A DNA stretch of 64,000 bases from Octopus sinensis (GCF_006345805.1 NC_043010.1:38130001-38194000); one strand, 5' to 3'; positions 1 through 12,559 are shown, counted from the first letter of the stretch. Translations and numbers: made by a program. Notes: a model not told the origin generated them from the letters alone.

Positions 1-330
1 GTATATTCACACCGAAAAAAGCATCTACTTTAATGTAAGAACATGCTATTGCATATACAACTACCTAATCTCATATTGTCAAATAAAGTTCTTTCTGCAG
101 CACTTTGATGCCTATGGGCAATTGTTAGTTACACTACAGTTACAGATTGATTTTGTTGACAGTTTCTTGAGTTTGCACATCCAGCAAAGGGAAAGTATGT
201 GCTCAAAGTTAAAGAAGGCTGAGAAAGATAGTTTAGTAAAATCTTTAAAGTAAGCTAGGCTATTTGTGTTGCAACCGCTATGTTAAACGGGGTATTGTAC
301 CCTATAAAATATCACTTCTTTTTTCAGTAT

Positions 331-563
331 CTGTTCCATTATTCATTTGACTGTGGCCGTGATGGAGCAGCGCCTTTAGTCGAGCAAATCGACCCCAAGA
401 CTTATTCTTTGTAAGCCTAGTACTTATTCTATCGGTCTCATTTGCCAAACGGCTAAGTTACGGGGACGTAAACAAGCCAGTTTTGGTTGTCAAGCGATGT
501 TGAGAAGGCAAACACAGACACACAAACATGTATACACACAAATACATACATGTATGTACACGT

Positions 564-598
<35 letters not shown>

Positions 599-1001
599 CT
601 AGCAGTATCGCCCGGCGTTGCTCGGGTTTGTAAGGGAAATAACTATAAAGCATTTTAGAGAGTTATAGCCAAAAAATAGCAAAAAATGCATTAAAAATGG
701 AAAAAAAATTATGGTAAATTTTTTTTTAAAACCGTTGACTCATCGTAGACATTTTTAGAGAGTTACTTCCCTTTATTTAAAAAAAATATGCATTAAAATG
801 GGAAAAAATGATGGTAAATTATTTTTAAAATCGTAGACTCATCGTAGACAAGCGCTAATACCCAGAAGGGCTCGATATGAATCACGACTATAAGATACCC
901 GGTTTTGGTTAAACTGCATCGCAAAATGTGGGAGTAGTTAGGAATCTAAATCGGAGTAGACAGACACACAACCTTTCTTTTATATATAAAGATATATATA
1001 T

Positions 1002-1045
<44 letters not shown>

Positions 1046-1068
1046 TACGACGGACTTTCTTTCCGGTT
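331..1068 (-). mobile_element. SINE-A (bipartite tRNA-derived SINE: head + internal microsatellite + 3' half), split by a Helitron
   Basis: 331-535 matches the 3' half seen in many copies (ttcagtcatttgactgcggccatgctggagcaccgcctttagtcgag...). (CA)n(TA)n follows, and a head remnant cgacggactttc lies at ~1048-1068. Confidence 0.8.
599..992 (-). mobile_element. Non-autonomous Helitron-like element, copy 1
   Basis: Minus strand reads A|TCTTTATATATAAAAG...CCCGAGCAACGCCGGG-CGATACTG-CTAG|T. It has a 5' TC, a subterminal hairpin, a 3' CTAG and an AT target. Homologous to 14940-15337. Confidence 0.85.
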
Positions 1069-1603
1069 AAAGCTATTTTTGATATAATAGTTTTAAGTGA
1101 AAGTATCATTGCAGTGTGTGACGATGTTTAATTTTTTTTTTTTATAATGCTAATATTTTTTAGAGTGGTTTGTTAAATGATAACTGTATTTCAGATTTTC
1201 ATTTCATTTGTGGTGGAAGTAATAACTTTTGAACACTAAACACTTGTTTCACTTCCCATTAAATTTATTCAACTGACATTAATTTTTTTTATTTTTATAT
1301 TTTTTATTTTTATATTTTTTTAGTATTCATTTTCAATTTTTTTCAAGTTCGACATATTTCTTTGTTTTTCATTCGTTTCATTTTCCATAATTTTTATAAA
1401 TACATTTTTTATATTCTTTATATATAAATTTCAATTTCCAAATTAGTACTTTTTTTATTATTTATATTTCATTGTTTTTTATTATTTATATTTCATTATT
1501 TTTATACCAATCTAACTTTTTCGACAGTATTTTTTTCACCTTCACAAACAAATATAAACACATATATTAAACAACGTATCTGAAACAACACACATATATT
1601 TCT

Positions 1604-2008
1604 TATTTCGTTACATAGAGGAGACAAACAAGGACAGACAAAGGTATTAAGTCGATTATATCGACCCCAGTGCGTAACTGGTACTTATTTAATCGGCCTC
1701 GAAAGGATGAAAGGTGAAGTTGACCTCGGCGGAATTTGAACTCAGAACGTAACGGCAGGCGAAATACCTATTTCTTTACTACCCACAATGGACTAAACAC
1801 AGAGAGAACAAACAAGGACAGACAAACGGATTAAGTCGATTATATCGACCCCAGTGCGTAACTGGTACTTATTTAATCGACTCCGAAAGGACGAAAGGCA
1901 AAGTCGACCGCGGCGGAATTCGAACTCAGAATTTGAACTGCCGTTACTTAGACGAAATATGGCTACGCATTTCGCCCGACGTGCTAACGTTTTTGCCAGC
2001 TCGCCGCC
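1604..2008 (-). mobile_element. SINE-B head-to-tail multimer
   Basis: tRNA-like head (ggcggcgagctggc...gttcaaattcc) plus repeated ~185 bp units. 17-bp TSD aacacacatatatttct at 1587-1603 and 2009-2025. Confidence 0.85.
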
Positions 2009-2214
2009 AACACACATATATTTCTACTTTTGTATAAACACTGTTGTGTACCAGTTCAAATAACAAATAGGCTTTATATTTCAAACTTGAATGAATTTTT
2101 ATACGCATTTTAAATATTTATATAAAAAAAACTTTTTAAAATCGAAGAAAAATATTTACTATAACTCACCAAAATAATTTTTACGAACCAAATACATTCT
2201 TACATTTTAAAATT

Positions 2215-2590
2215 ATCTTCTTTAGCTTGTTTCAGTCACTGGACTGCGGCTATGCTGGAGCAGCACCCTAAAAGTTTTTAGTCGAACAAATCAACCCCAA
2301 TACTTACCTTTTAAGTCTGAGCTTTATTCTATCGGTCTACTCTGCCGAACCGATAGGTGACAGAGTCATAAACAAACCAACACCGGTTGTCAAGTGGTGG
2401 GTGGGTGGACAAACAGACACAAAGACACACACACACACACATACACACACGCACACATATATATGTCGGCGAGCTTCCACACAGTTTCCGTCTACCAAAT
2501 TCATTCATAGGGCATTATTACTTGGCTCAAAGCTATAGTAGAAGACATTTGCCCAAGGTGCTGCACAGTGGGACTGAACCTCAAACCAAA
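2215..2590 (-). mobile_element. SINE-A copy
   Basis: Both halves and the internal (CA)n are recognisable by comparison with other copies in the window. Confidence 0.75.
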
Positions 2591-2624
2591 ACGGAGAAGT
2601 GGTTTAGTATGGTGGTGACCCCCT

Positions 2625-2948
2625 TCGGTCAGACACTGACCATGGGTTTGCACCTAGAGAGTTACCCTCTGAGGCACAAGTCTGGGCAAGGTTGTTTTTT
2701 TATGGAAGACCAGCAGTCGCCCATGCATACCGGCCTCCCCTCTCCACGTCACCGATGTTATCCAAGGGAAAGGCAAAGGGGCCGATACACCTTGGCACCA
2801 GTGACGTCGCAACTCATTTCTACAGGTGAGTGAACTGGAGCAACGTGAAATAAAGTGTCTTGCTCAAGAACACAACACGCAGCCCGGTCCGGGATTCGAG
2901 CTCACAACCTCACGATCGTAAGCTCGACGCTCTAACCACTGAGCCACG
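2625..2948 (-). mobile_element. tRNA-derived SINE, head D + tail IV
   Basis: Minus strand cgtggctcagtggttagagc...gagctcgaatccc (A/B boxes), then ttgagcaagacactttatttcacgttgctccag and a distinct 3' tail. Confidence 0.75.
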
Positions 2949-2994
2949 TATAATACATGAATAATTATTGTAAAAATTCATCAAAAAACTAATT

Positions 2995-3174
2995 AGTCGC
3001 AGGCATTGCTGTCTGGTTACAAAGCTCGTTTTGCGACCATGTGGTTTAGGTTTCACTCGTAATGCGCGGTACCTTGCGCAAGTGTCTTCTATTATAGTCT
3101 CGGGTCGACCAATACTTTTTGAATGAATTTTGTAGACGGAAACTGGAAGAAGTTTGCCTTACAAAGACACACAC

Positions 3175-3240
<66 letters not shown>

Positions 3241-3945
3241 ATGTGTGTGTAAGAAATCCTCAGTAACTGGCGAAATGTTATAAAATACATAAATCTGTTG
3301 TATTCCTTCGTATTATATACATGCGTGTGTATGTGTGTGTTTGTCCGCCTCACGGCTCGACAACCGGTGTTGGTTTGTTTATGTCCCCGTGACTCACCAT
3401 ATCAGCAAAAGAACCGATAGAACAAGTACCAAATAAGGTGGCGAGCTGGCAGAAACGTTAGCACGCCGGGCGAAATGCTTAGCAGTATTTCGTCTGCCGC
3501 TATGTTCTAAGTTCAAATTCCGCCGAGGTCGACTTCGCCTTTCATCCTTTCGGGGTCGATTAAATAAGTACCAGTTACACACTGGGGTTGATATAATCGA
3601 CTTAATCCGTTTGTCTGTCCTTGTTTGTCCCTTCTGTGTTTAGCGTCTTGTGGGTAGTAAAGAAATAGGTATTTCGTCTATCGCTACGTTCAAATTCTGC
3701 CGAGGTCGACTTTGCCTTTCATCCTTTCGGGGTCGATGCACTGGGGTCAATATAATCGACTTAATCCGTTTGTCTGTCCTTGTTTGTCCCCTCTGTGTGT
3801 AGCTCCTTGTGGGGAGTAAAGAAATAAGAAGAAGTACCAAACTTAAACTAAGTACTGGAGTCGATTTGTTCGACTAAAGCCCTTCAAGGCAATGCCCCAG
3901 AATGGTCGCATTCGAATGACTGAAACAAGTAACATAAAAGACGAT
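2995..3945 (+). mobile_element. Diverged SINE-A copy with nested SINE-B
   Basis: Head at ~2995-3160, (TG)n, then a 3' half interrupted at 3434-3831. Confidence 0.7.
3434..3831 (+). mobile_element. SINE-B multimer nested in SINE-A
   Basis: Full head unit plus truncated units. TSD aagtaccaaa at 3424-3433 and 3832-3841. Confidence 0.85.
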
Positions 3946-4003
3946 GATGAACGATAAAAAAAATACATCCCTCCAAAGCAGTTGTCTTCAATCGAGGTCC
4001 ACC

Positions 4004-4103
4004 NNNNNNNNNNNNNNNNNNNNNNNNNNNNNNNNNNNNNNNNNNNNNNNNNNNNNNNNNNNNNNNNNNNNNNNNNNNNNNNNNNNNNNNNNNNNNNNNN
4101 NNN
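4004..4103. other. Assembly gap (100 N)
   Basis: Run of 100 N, a standard unsized scaffold gap. Confidence 1.
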
Positions 4104-4309
4104 ACCATGTGCGTTTCGGCGAAAATGAAAATTACTGTGTATATGTATATATTTATATATATTTTTAAAATATTTTTAACCAAAGTTGTTGTGTGATCTC
4201 TGTGACTTAGAGTTTTACGTTTTGCAACTACAGTGGGTTATTTCGCCGTTCTATGCAAACCTTTTCACAGAGGCAAAGGCAATCACGTCTTTCTCTGCTG
4301 ACAACGGAA

Positions 4310-4456
4310 CCGGATATATGTATATATATGTATATATATTATATAGAGATATCTATATATATAGGGTATGATATATATATGTAATATATATAGATATATA
4401 TACATATATATATGTATATATATATAGATATATATATATATACATATATAGCTGAA

Positions 4457-4506
<50 letters not shown>

Positions 4507-4788
4507 GTATATAATATATATATATATATATATACAATATATATGGGTAAACTATATATATATAATATATCTTTATATATATGTAATATATATATATATA
4601 TATATACATATATCATATAGGTAGTCTATATATATATATATACATATATATGTATCTATATATTATATAATATACATATATATATACAGTATTATATGTA
4701 TATATTATATATACATATATATCTAATATGGTATATCATATATATGTATATATAATATATATTATATATATATATATATATATAGGTA

Positions 4789-4836
<48 letters not shown>

Positions 4837-4930
4837 ATGTATATATAATCTATGTAATATATATATATGTATATATATATATGTATATATTATGTATTAT
4901 ATATATATGTATAAATATATAATGTATATA

Positions 4931-4974
<44 letters not shown>

Positions 4975-4985
4975 TATTATATATA
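4310..4985. repeat. Degenerate (TA)n microsatellite tract
   Basis: Near-pure TA with scattered substitutions. Source of several artefact ORFs. Confidence 0.95.
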
Positions 4986-5285
4986 TGGTGGCGCAGTGGC
5001 CCAGTGGTTAGGGTAGCGGACTCACGGTCGTAGGATCGAGGTTTCGATTCCCAGACCGGGCGTTGTGAGTGTTTATTGAGCGGAAAACACCTAATGCTCC
5101 ACGAGGCTCCGGCAGGGGGTGGTGTCGATCCCTGCTGTACTCTTTCGCCACAACTTTCTCTCATTCTTTCTTCTGTTGGCCTGCTCGCTTAGACAGCGGG
5201 GTGGCATCATTTGAAGGCCAAAACAATGTGACCAGCGATGTGTAGCAACATCTGATAGCCTGGTCGGTCACGGTGATCACGGTGT
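4985..5285 (+). mobile_element. tRNA-derived SINE, head C + tail II
   Basis: ggcgcagtggcccagtggttagggtagcgg...tttcgattccc head. Tail ends ggtcacggtgatcacggtg. Confidence 0.8.
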
Positions 5286-5730
5286 GAGATATATATATAT
5301 GATATATATATATTATATATTATATATATATATATAATACACATCTTTTATGTGTAAGGCGAACTGGCAGATCCCATAAACTGATAACCATATAAACAAA
5401 ACTAAAAACATAATAAGATATACAGATAAATAAACAAATGGAAGTAAATAACTATATACATTAAAAAAATTAATTTAAATACAACAAAAAAAAATAATAA
5501 TAAGTAGGTGTAAACACATGAACAAAATAAATAAAAACAAATTACACGAACGTGTATAAACAGGAGATACAAATATTACAGGCACTTCCCCACACATACA
5601 CACACTAACTAAACATAGACACACATTGGGGTATACACATGCGCAAATAAAGAATACAATAGGAATACAAAATATAAAATGGCTGGCCGTTAGTAAGGAG
5701 AGACACACAAATAAGAAAGAAGAAAGCAAG

Positions 5731-5776
5731 GACCACTGATGAGGTCACAGTGTGACGACACGAAGAAACAGCTGTG
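5731..5776 (+). ncRNA. Disrupted PLE-type hammerhead ribozyme motif
   Basis: CTGATGA-G-GTCAC agt GTGAC-(gacacgaa)-GAAAC AGCT GT-G. Extra bases precede GAAA and G occupies the cleavage position. Confidence 0.45.
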
Positions 5777-5926
5777 ACGAAATAAGATTAAGATTAATGT
5801 AAAAAATAAAAAATGAAAGCAGAAGCAATTAACACCAAATATATAGTGCGTGTGTTTATTGGCTAAACTGGCAAACTGACCATTCCTAAATACAACAACA
5901 CAAACAAACACACACACACACACACA

Positions 5927-6005
<79 letters not shown>

Positions 6006-6088
6006 GAAACAAAGAAAGAAATACATGCATATCCGTATATCCATATTTATACATACGTATCCACGTATCCACGTATCCACGTATATAT

Positions 6089-6124
<36 letters not shown>

Positions 6125-6614
6125 ATACAACATGTACATATATGCGCCCAACGACGTACAAGTGGATTCCTGACGTCGGTTTAATCGCCTACTCCACCCG
6201 CGAATCTAAATTTGTGTTAACCTGCGCTTGCTTTAGAAATGATATAGCGTTATTTTATGAACACATCGGGATCAAGACTGTAAAAGTAAAGCTGAGATAA
6301 TATAATCGAATATACTGTGCATGCTAGAATATAAAGTAGGCAGTGTGTAAATATTAAAACATACATGAAATAGAATGTATTCAGAATACGCTAGGGAGTG
6401 CAAATATTAACGATGCATGCAATGATATGCATTGAAAATATACGTGAAAGAGCAAATATTTCTTGGTGGAAGCATCACGTAGTGACATTGATAAGCAGCC
6501 TCCGCCCCTACTTACACGTTCGTTAGTAATAAATATCGAAACAAGACAGAAAATATAGACTTCACTTACTCTTTTCTCTCTCGTTTTTTTTTTCTTGAAA
6601 CGCACGCCCGCACA

Positions 6615-6662
<48 letters not shown>

Positions 6663-7644
6663 CATTATATATACTTGTGTATGCATGTATGTAAAAAATA
6701 TATATATACATATATTTATCTATCTATCATTTTGTCTATCTATCTATCTATCTATCTATCTAGTTGTCTTTTTATCTATCTATCTATCTATCTATCTATA
6801 TATCTAGTTGTCTATCTATCTATCAATCTGTAGGTGTGTGTGTTTGTGTGTGTTTGTGTGTGTGGTGTGTGTGTGTGTGTGTGTGTGTGTGTATCTTCCT
6901 TTCTCTTATCTCTTAATCATCAAGAAAGAACGAAGATATTTTGGGAGGCGAAAATGTGTATCAACAAGTAAATGAATAAACGCTGAAATTTAAGCTGTAA
7001 TAATAGAACTGTCAGAGTAAAGAAAATATGAAATTGTCGAAGATAAAATGTATAGTGATACACAAATATTTCGAGCTATAGGAGGGGCGAAACCTCATTA
7101 TAAAGAAACGTAATGTATAAAAAAGTAGCATATTGACTGCAGGTTTACGCAGTTCAGCATTCAGCTATCTCTGAAGACGCATATATTAGCCGAAACTAAA
7201 TTATTTAAGATCCCATAGCTGAAGGTTGTAAGTTTCAACTTACGGGAGTAGATATGGTACAAAGCTTCATTAACAACTCAGAAAGATTCAACCGTGTTTT
7301 CTGCCAATCGGCATTCTGATAGTGTTGCGTGATAGTTCCACAAGATTGTTGACAAACCTTCAAGAAATCGACAAGCCGTTAATTTATAGGCGACAGTTTC
7401 TTGATATTAACTTTATGAGATATCTAAGCAAGACCTAAATATCAAAATTCTAATATTTTAAAACTCAATTGAGAAGTCTGTCAACAAATTATATCGTTAC
7501 AAATAAAGTGTGCTTTGACTTAGAAATACCGAAATATTTAAAAGTCATACAATACAAACAAGATAATTTCACGTTTAATCCTGTTAGCCAGTTAAGCCGG
7601 AGAGAAAATGTTTATCTCGCGCATAAAATCTTGACATCTTCATA

Positions 7645-8215
7645 GGCGCAGGCGCAACTGTGTGGTAAGAAGTTTGCTTACAAGCCAGTAGGCTCCGGGT
7701 TCAGTCTCACTGCGTGGAATCTGGGCAAGTGTCTTCTACTATAGCCTCGGGCCGACCAAGGCCTTGAAGGTGGACTCGGTCATATATATACATGCACATA
7801 CACACTATATATATATATATATAGGCAAGAAGTTGAACATTTTTTTTTGCCCATGAAACTACATGGACCCTAAGTAAGGCATGTGTAAAATTTGAAGGAA
7901 ATTGGTTGTGTAGTTCTCAAGTTTTAGGGAAACACACAGACAGACAGACACAACACACACACACACACATTCTCAGTTTTATATATTAAAGATATATGTG
8001 TGCGCGTGTGTGTGCTTGTCCCCCACCACCGCTTGACAACCGGTTTGTATGTTTACGTCCCTGTAACTTAGTGGCTCGGGAAAAGAGATCGATAGAGTAA
8101 ATACCAGGCTTTAAAAAATAAGTCATGGGTCAATTCGTTCGAAAAAAAACTTTCGAGACGGTGCCCCAGCATGGCCGCAGTCAAATGACTGAAACATGTA
8201 ATAGTTAAAAGGTGC
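7645..8215 (+). mobile_element. SINE-A copy with insertion in its (TA)n
   Basis: Head 7645-7785, insertion 7824-7992, 3' half ~8010-8215. Confidence 0.75.
7824..7992 (-). mobile_element. Helitron-like 5' end fragment
   Basis: Minus strand starts A|TCTTTAATATATAAAACTGAGAATGTGTG, like the 5' end of 599-992. No CTAG end is seen. Confidence 0.5.
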
Positions 8216-8348
8216 ATTTTTATGTGTTATTTTAACAAGTAAATTGTTCCTTTAAAGTTGAACTCGCGATATTTGTCAATAAATTGGCAGCGAATCGCAG
8301 GAAAAACGAGTAAAATAAGGAAAAAGTGACGTTTTTGAAGTTAATATA

Positions 8349-8906
8349 TTCTTTTATAGTCTAGGCTCAAGGTGGGTGGGCCAGTCAATTAGATCGATCC
8401 CAGTACGCAACTGATACTTAATTTATCGACTCCCCAAAAGGATGAAAGGCAAAGTCGACTTCTCTGGAATTTGAACTCAGAATGTAAAGACAGACGAAAT
8501 ACCTATTTCTTTACTACCCACAAGGGGCTAAACACAGAAGAGACAAACAAGGACAGACAAACGGATTAAGTCATTTATATCGACCCCAGTGCGTAACTGG
8601 AACTTATTTAATCGACCCCGAAAGGATGAAAGGCAAAGTCGACCTCGGCGGAATTTGAACTCAGAACGTAACGGCAGACGAAATACCTATTTCTTTACTA
8701 CTCACAGAGGAGACAAACAAGGACAGACACACGGATTAAGTCGATTACATCGACCCAGTACGTAACTGGCACTTATTTAATCGACCCCGAAAGGATGAAA
8801 GGCAAAGTCGACCTCGGCGGAATTTGAACTCAGAACGTAGCGGCAGACGAAATACCGCTAAGCATTTCGCCCGGCGCGCTAACGTTTCTGCCAGCTCGCC
8901 ACCATT
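8349..8906 (-). mobile_element. SINE-B multimer (3-4 units)
   Basis: Junction motif gaaatacc at 8496, 8680 and 8849 (periods 184 and 169). TSD tttttgaagtt(a/t)atata at 8332-8348 and 8907-8923. Confidence 0.85.
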
Positions 8907-9940
8907 TTTTTGAAGTTTATATAACCGAGTTATAAACCTTTGTTGAATATTTAAATTTCTGTAGCTGAAATCCTCTTTGTTTACCGTAACCAGTGGAAAA
9001 CTGTGGTATGATTGAATTTGAAATACGTTATTTATCGAAACTTGTGTTAAACTATTCTTTAGACAAATAAGTTTTAAAATAAGTAACATTTCGGTATATT
9101 GTAGTATAGTAAAATAACGTAAAATTCAGGAAATTGCATCTTTTCAAAATTTTTCTTGACTATTATACCTATTATATCACATGCTGTTGAAAATTTATCT
9201 TACTTAATTGTTCGCATTTTAGACGGTTAAGTTTTACGTTTCTTATCCTTTTTTTTAATCAAATAAATCATATAATCATTAAAAGTATACCAAAGGAGAA
9301 ATATGTACATTTTATTATCTTTGCATAGTTCTATAAAATATTTGTATAAATTTTTTCCTCCTTTTTTAGTGTGTGTGGTCTATATCACCATAATGTCATA
9401 GTTACTAAAATTTAGAATATAGCTCGTAGATCATTTATTTACAAATTATACATGCAATGTCACCGATCTAAAAAAAGATTCTAATCAAATACCCCATCTT
9501 TCTTCACTAGTTCCCAGATACAAAATTACACCTTACAGTTAAATTACGAAAATAAATTATTACATTTACTTATTTACTTACGCTGAGTCGATAAAGTACC
9601 TGTAAGATTTAACGGTCACTAAAATCGAATGAAATCTTCCAAAATGTGACCTTGTGCCAATTTGAGAAACCAATAGCTATTTAAATATCATACTCAACGT
9701 ACAATAAATTAGACAACAAGAAACATCTACAACGAGTAGATAGTATGCGCCATTCACTGGTCCAGCATACTCAATATGTATCCTGGACCATGGGCTCTCA
9801 GTCTTTGTGCATAGACCTAGTTTGTCCGAGAGTACTTGTTGAACAGTTTTTTTTACTTTTCTCTTTAACTCTTCAGACGAATTACTTTTAGAGGGACAGA
9901 TATTTACGTTTTTATAATAGCGATTTAAGGGGAGGTCCCA

Positions 9941-11205
9941 TTAATTGAATAATTCTAACCAATCAGTACCCATGAGATCGATTGCATTTTTAACGACGAA
10001 GACTTTCGCCTTGCATCTTTTCCTCCGAAATGTCCACATTTCGCCTATGAAATGTAATTTGTCGCCCGTCACGCAGCGAGCAGATTTCGCTGTTCTTCTC
10101 AACATAGGTCTCCCTATTTTCTTCCATGTGTCCATATATATTATTGAAATATCGCTTCCAGTATCCAATTGAAGTTTAAAATGTATTCTATTTAGTTTTA
10201 CGTGTACGAATTTTCTTATTTTGGAGTCGCTTTTTGTTTCTGCTGAGAGTACTCTAGGATTTTTAACGTTTGACCATCGAAATTTTGTTCTACAGTGTAA
10301 ACTCTTGCGACCAATTCTTTTGCAATAGTAACATTTTTGATTTTTAAATGGAAAGTCTTTTTTGAAATGTATACCCCACATCCAGCATAGATTAGGACGT
10401 GGCGCTCTTTTTTTGATTGTACTTTTTTGGTCGGCATATCTGTATTTTTGAGGAATCCTTTTCTTGTATTTTTTCTACATCGTGTTTCAGGTTTACAATC
10501 CTTTGGCATTCTTCTGTCACGGACTGTAAGGTTAAAACTTGGTTCGCTGGTTCCAATTTAGAAAGAATTCTTGCTCGAATTTCTGTATCTTCGCTTGCTA
10601 TAAGGCCTTGTACGAAAATAAGACACTTTAAAATCTCAAATGTAAGTTCTTTAAGTTTAAAACTTTCACATATCCTGTTGACTGTTCCTGCATACCTAAT
10701 AAAATCATCATTCTCTTTCTTCATTATACTCCAACACTCCATTATTAAATAGAGAGGTTTTATCAACAAATATGTTAGACAGTGATTCTATTGTTTCTTT
10801 AAAACAAATTTAATTGTTTTTTGGAGGGCAATACGAAATTACAGTAACGTTCATGGTCTAACGGAGCTAATTTTCGCAATAACAATTTCACCTTTTGTTC
10901 GTCCGACTATGATTTGCAATCTTGTTTAAAAATCTCCTTGTACCTTCTGTAGTATGATGCAAAAATTATACCCTCTTCTGGGTTATAACTGAATTCATTA
11001 ATTGAGTTCGAAGCGCTGTCTGGCGAAAACGAACTTACCTCATTTTTGGACTTCTTTCAATATAGCTCCAATAATTGTTGTAGTTGTAGTTGTTGTTGTA
11101 ATAGTTGCTTCTGCAACTCCTGTTGCTGCTCTTGTTGTTGCTTTTACAAATGTACTTTGGAAGCTAATAGGTCTTCCACTATTTTTACAATTTGTATCAC
11201 GAACA
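9941..11205 (-). pseudogene. Decayed gag (degenerate zinc knuckles) + aspartic protease
   Basis: Translates to FSYNPEEG...KVKLLLRKL, KCLIFVQGL, PFKNQKCYYCKRIG and LQLDTGSDISII. Several stops and frameshifts. Confidence 0.85.
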
Positions 11206-11237
11206 AATTGTTAAATAACCTACGTGAGCTTCAAAAC

Positions 11238-11248
11238 CCTCGTCGCCA
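11238..11248 (-). promoter_or_regulatory. Primer-binding site (tRNA-Ser(GCU)-like)
   Basis: TGGCGACGAGG, 2 nt from the LTR end. Complementary to a tRNA 3' end ...CCUCGUCGCCA; tRNA identity is from recall. Confidence 0.75.
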
Positions 11249-11250
11249 GG

Positions 11251-11519
11251 TGTTGTCACGTATTTTGTTACGTACAATAAATTAGATAACTACACAGCAG
11301 TAAAAACAATGCAACGAACTAACAAATCTCTTTACGAACTAACAATCAATATTCCTAGTGAACTAATCAACCGACACCTTCCGACTTCACTGCGTACTAA
11401 CACAAACTTCACTCGACTCCCAACACTGAACTCTTAAAATCACTCGGATCGTAACTGTTTATACTTAACTCGGATCAGTCTATCTCTCGCAAGGGCGCGT
11501 CGTAACTCTCATCACAACA
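11251..11519 (-). repeat. LTR (269 bp)
   Basis: TGTTGT...ACAACA termini. TATAAA on the minus strand near 11458-11463. Abuts the PBS. Confidence 0.75.
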
Positions 11520-11664
11520 ATACCGTTGTTAGGTAAGATACTGCAGTTGGTTTTCTTCCGAGATAAAATCTCTTATGGACGTGGTGTGTTAAAAACACAA
11601 TATATATTAGAGGAAGAGCAATGGCTGGTGAGGACGCCAGATGCCACATATGGTTGCGAGTTCA

Positions 11665-11704
11665 CGTCACTGATAAGATCCAGAAGGCCGAAATGCATCT
11701 AACG
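11665..11704 (+). ncRNA. Decayed type I hammerhead ribozyme (PLE-type)
   Basis: cgtca-CTGATAA-gatccagaaggcc-GAAA-TGCA-TC-taacg. Palindromic stem III ATGCAT; stem I pairs 4 of 5; core G8 is A. Confidence 0.5.
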
Positions 11705-12559
11705 CTCTTGCTAGCTGTTGAGGGAACGATTATTTTTTTCGTTATATATTGTGTTTTAAATGCAGTACGCCTATAATATAATTTATTTGGGTCGAAAACA
11801 GAAGTATATTGCTTGTCAGCAGAGTGTATACGTGCAATACGATACATAGGCGACTATTTAAAAATTTAACGCTGCTTTATCTGCGTACACCAAGTTTTTG
11901 AAATCAATATATCTCTTTCAGACAATGTTAAATTAGATCGGGCACAGTTAGAGTAGACAGAAATGGCATTTATTGTAAGACTATAAAGTAACAGCAGGAG
12001 AACAATTTTGAAGAAATACTACTTATTTTGGATGAAAGAAGAACAGAATTTATTCATAATTCTATCAGGATATTTTTTTATAGATTTTGTAGTGGTGGTC
12101 ATCATATAATCATTGGTAATACCCAATAATAGGAACATAGACTGGCAGACTACAGTGCTAAAATGAGAATGACTACTCTAATAATAATGTACGTTTCCAT
12201 ATTTTATTACTTCGAACAGTCGTATATACATATGTACAATGAATTAACAGAATTTTAAAAAAAACATACGTACTGTTGTGTATGTAATAATTTGATAATT
12301 TAAAGTTTTCCTGCGCAAAATAGAAATAGTATTTTAGCTAGGTATATGATAATGCGCATAACAAGTGAAAAAGATAAAAACGATATCATGGTACTGTGTG
12401 ACAGAGTACCGTGTAATGCTCAAAGCTGGAATTCAATATCCCAACTTTTTATAACTTTTAAGCAAAGCTTCTAGAATCTTCGGCAAGACTCTTTAGCGAG
12501 TATTTTGCACATCTTTCTTTACTGGTTACACACCATCCGATGCTGATTAGTTGTAATAT

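Larger units (their letters stand above)
9925..11519 (-). mobile_element. Truncated Ty3/Gypsy LTR retrotransposon, Mag / K02A2.6-like
   Basis: 5' LTR, PBS, gag and protease are present. RT, RNase H, integrase and the 3' LTR are absent. Confidence 0.85.

Noticed and set aside
146-194. Possible exon IDFVDSFLSLHIQQRE with a gtatgt donor
   Set aside because: The acceptor lacks a polypyrimidine tract, the segment is short, and no homology is recognised.
4234-4319. Possible exon WVISPFYANLFTEAK...
   Set aside because: The acceptor is weak, the donor is only the start of a microsatellite, and it lies next to an assembly gap.
9848-9925. Strong acceptor-like polypyrimidine tract
   Set aside because: All three frames close within about 17 codons and no donor follows.
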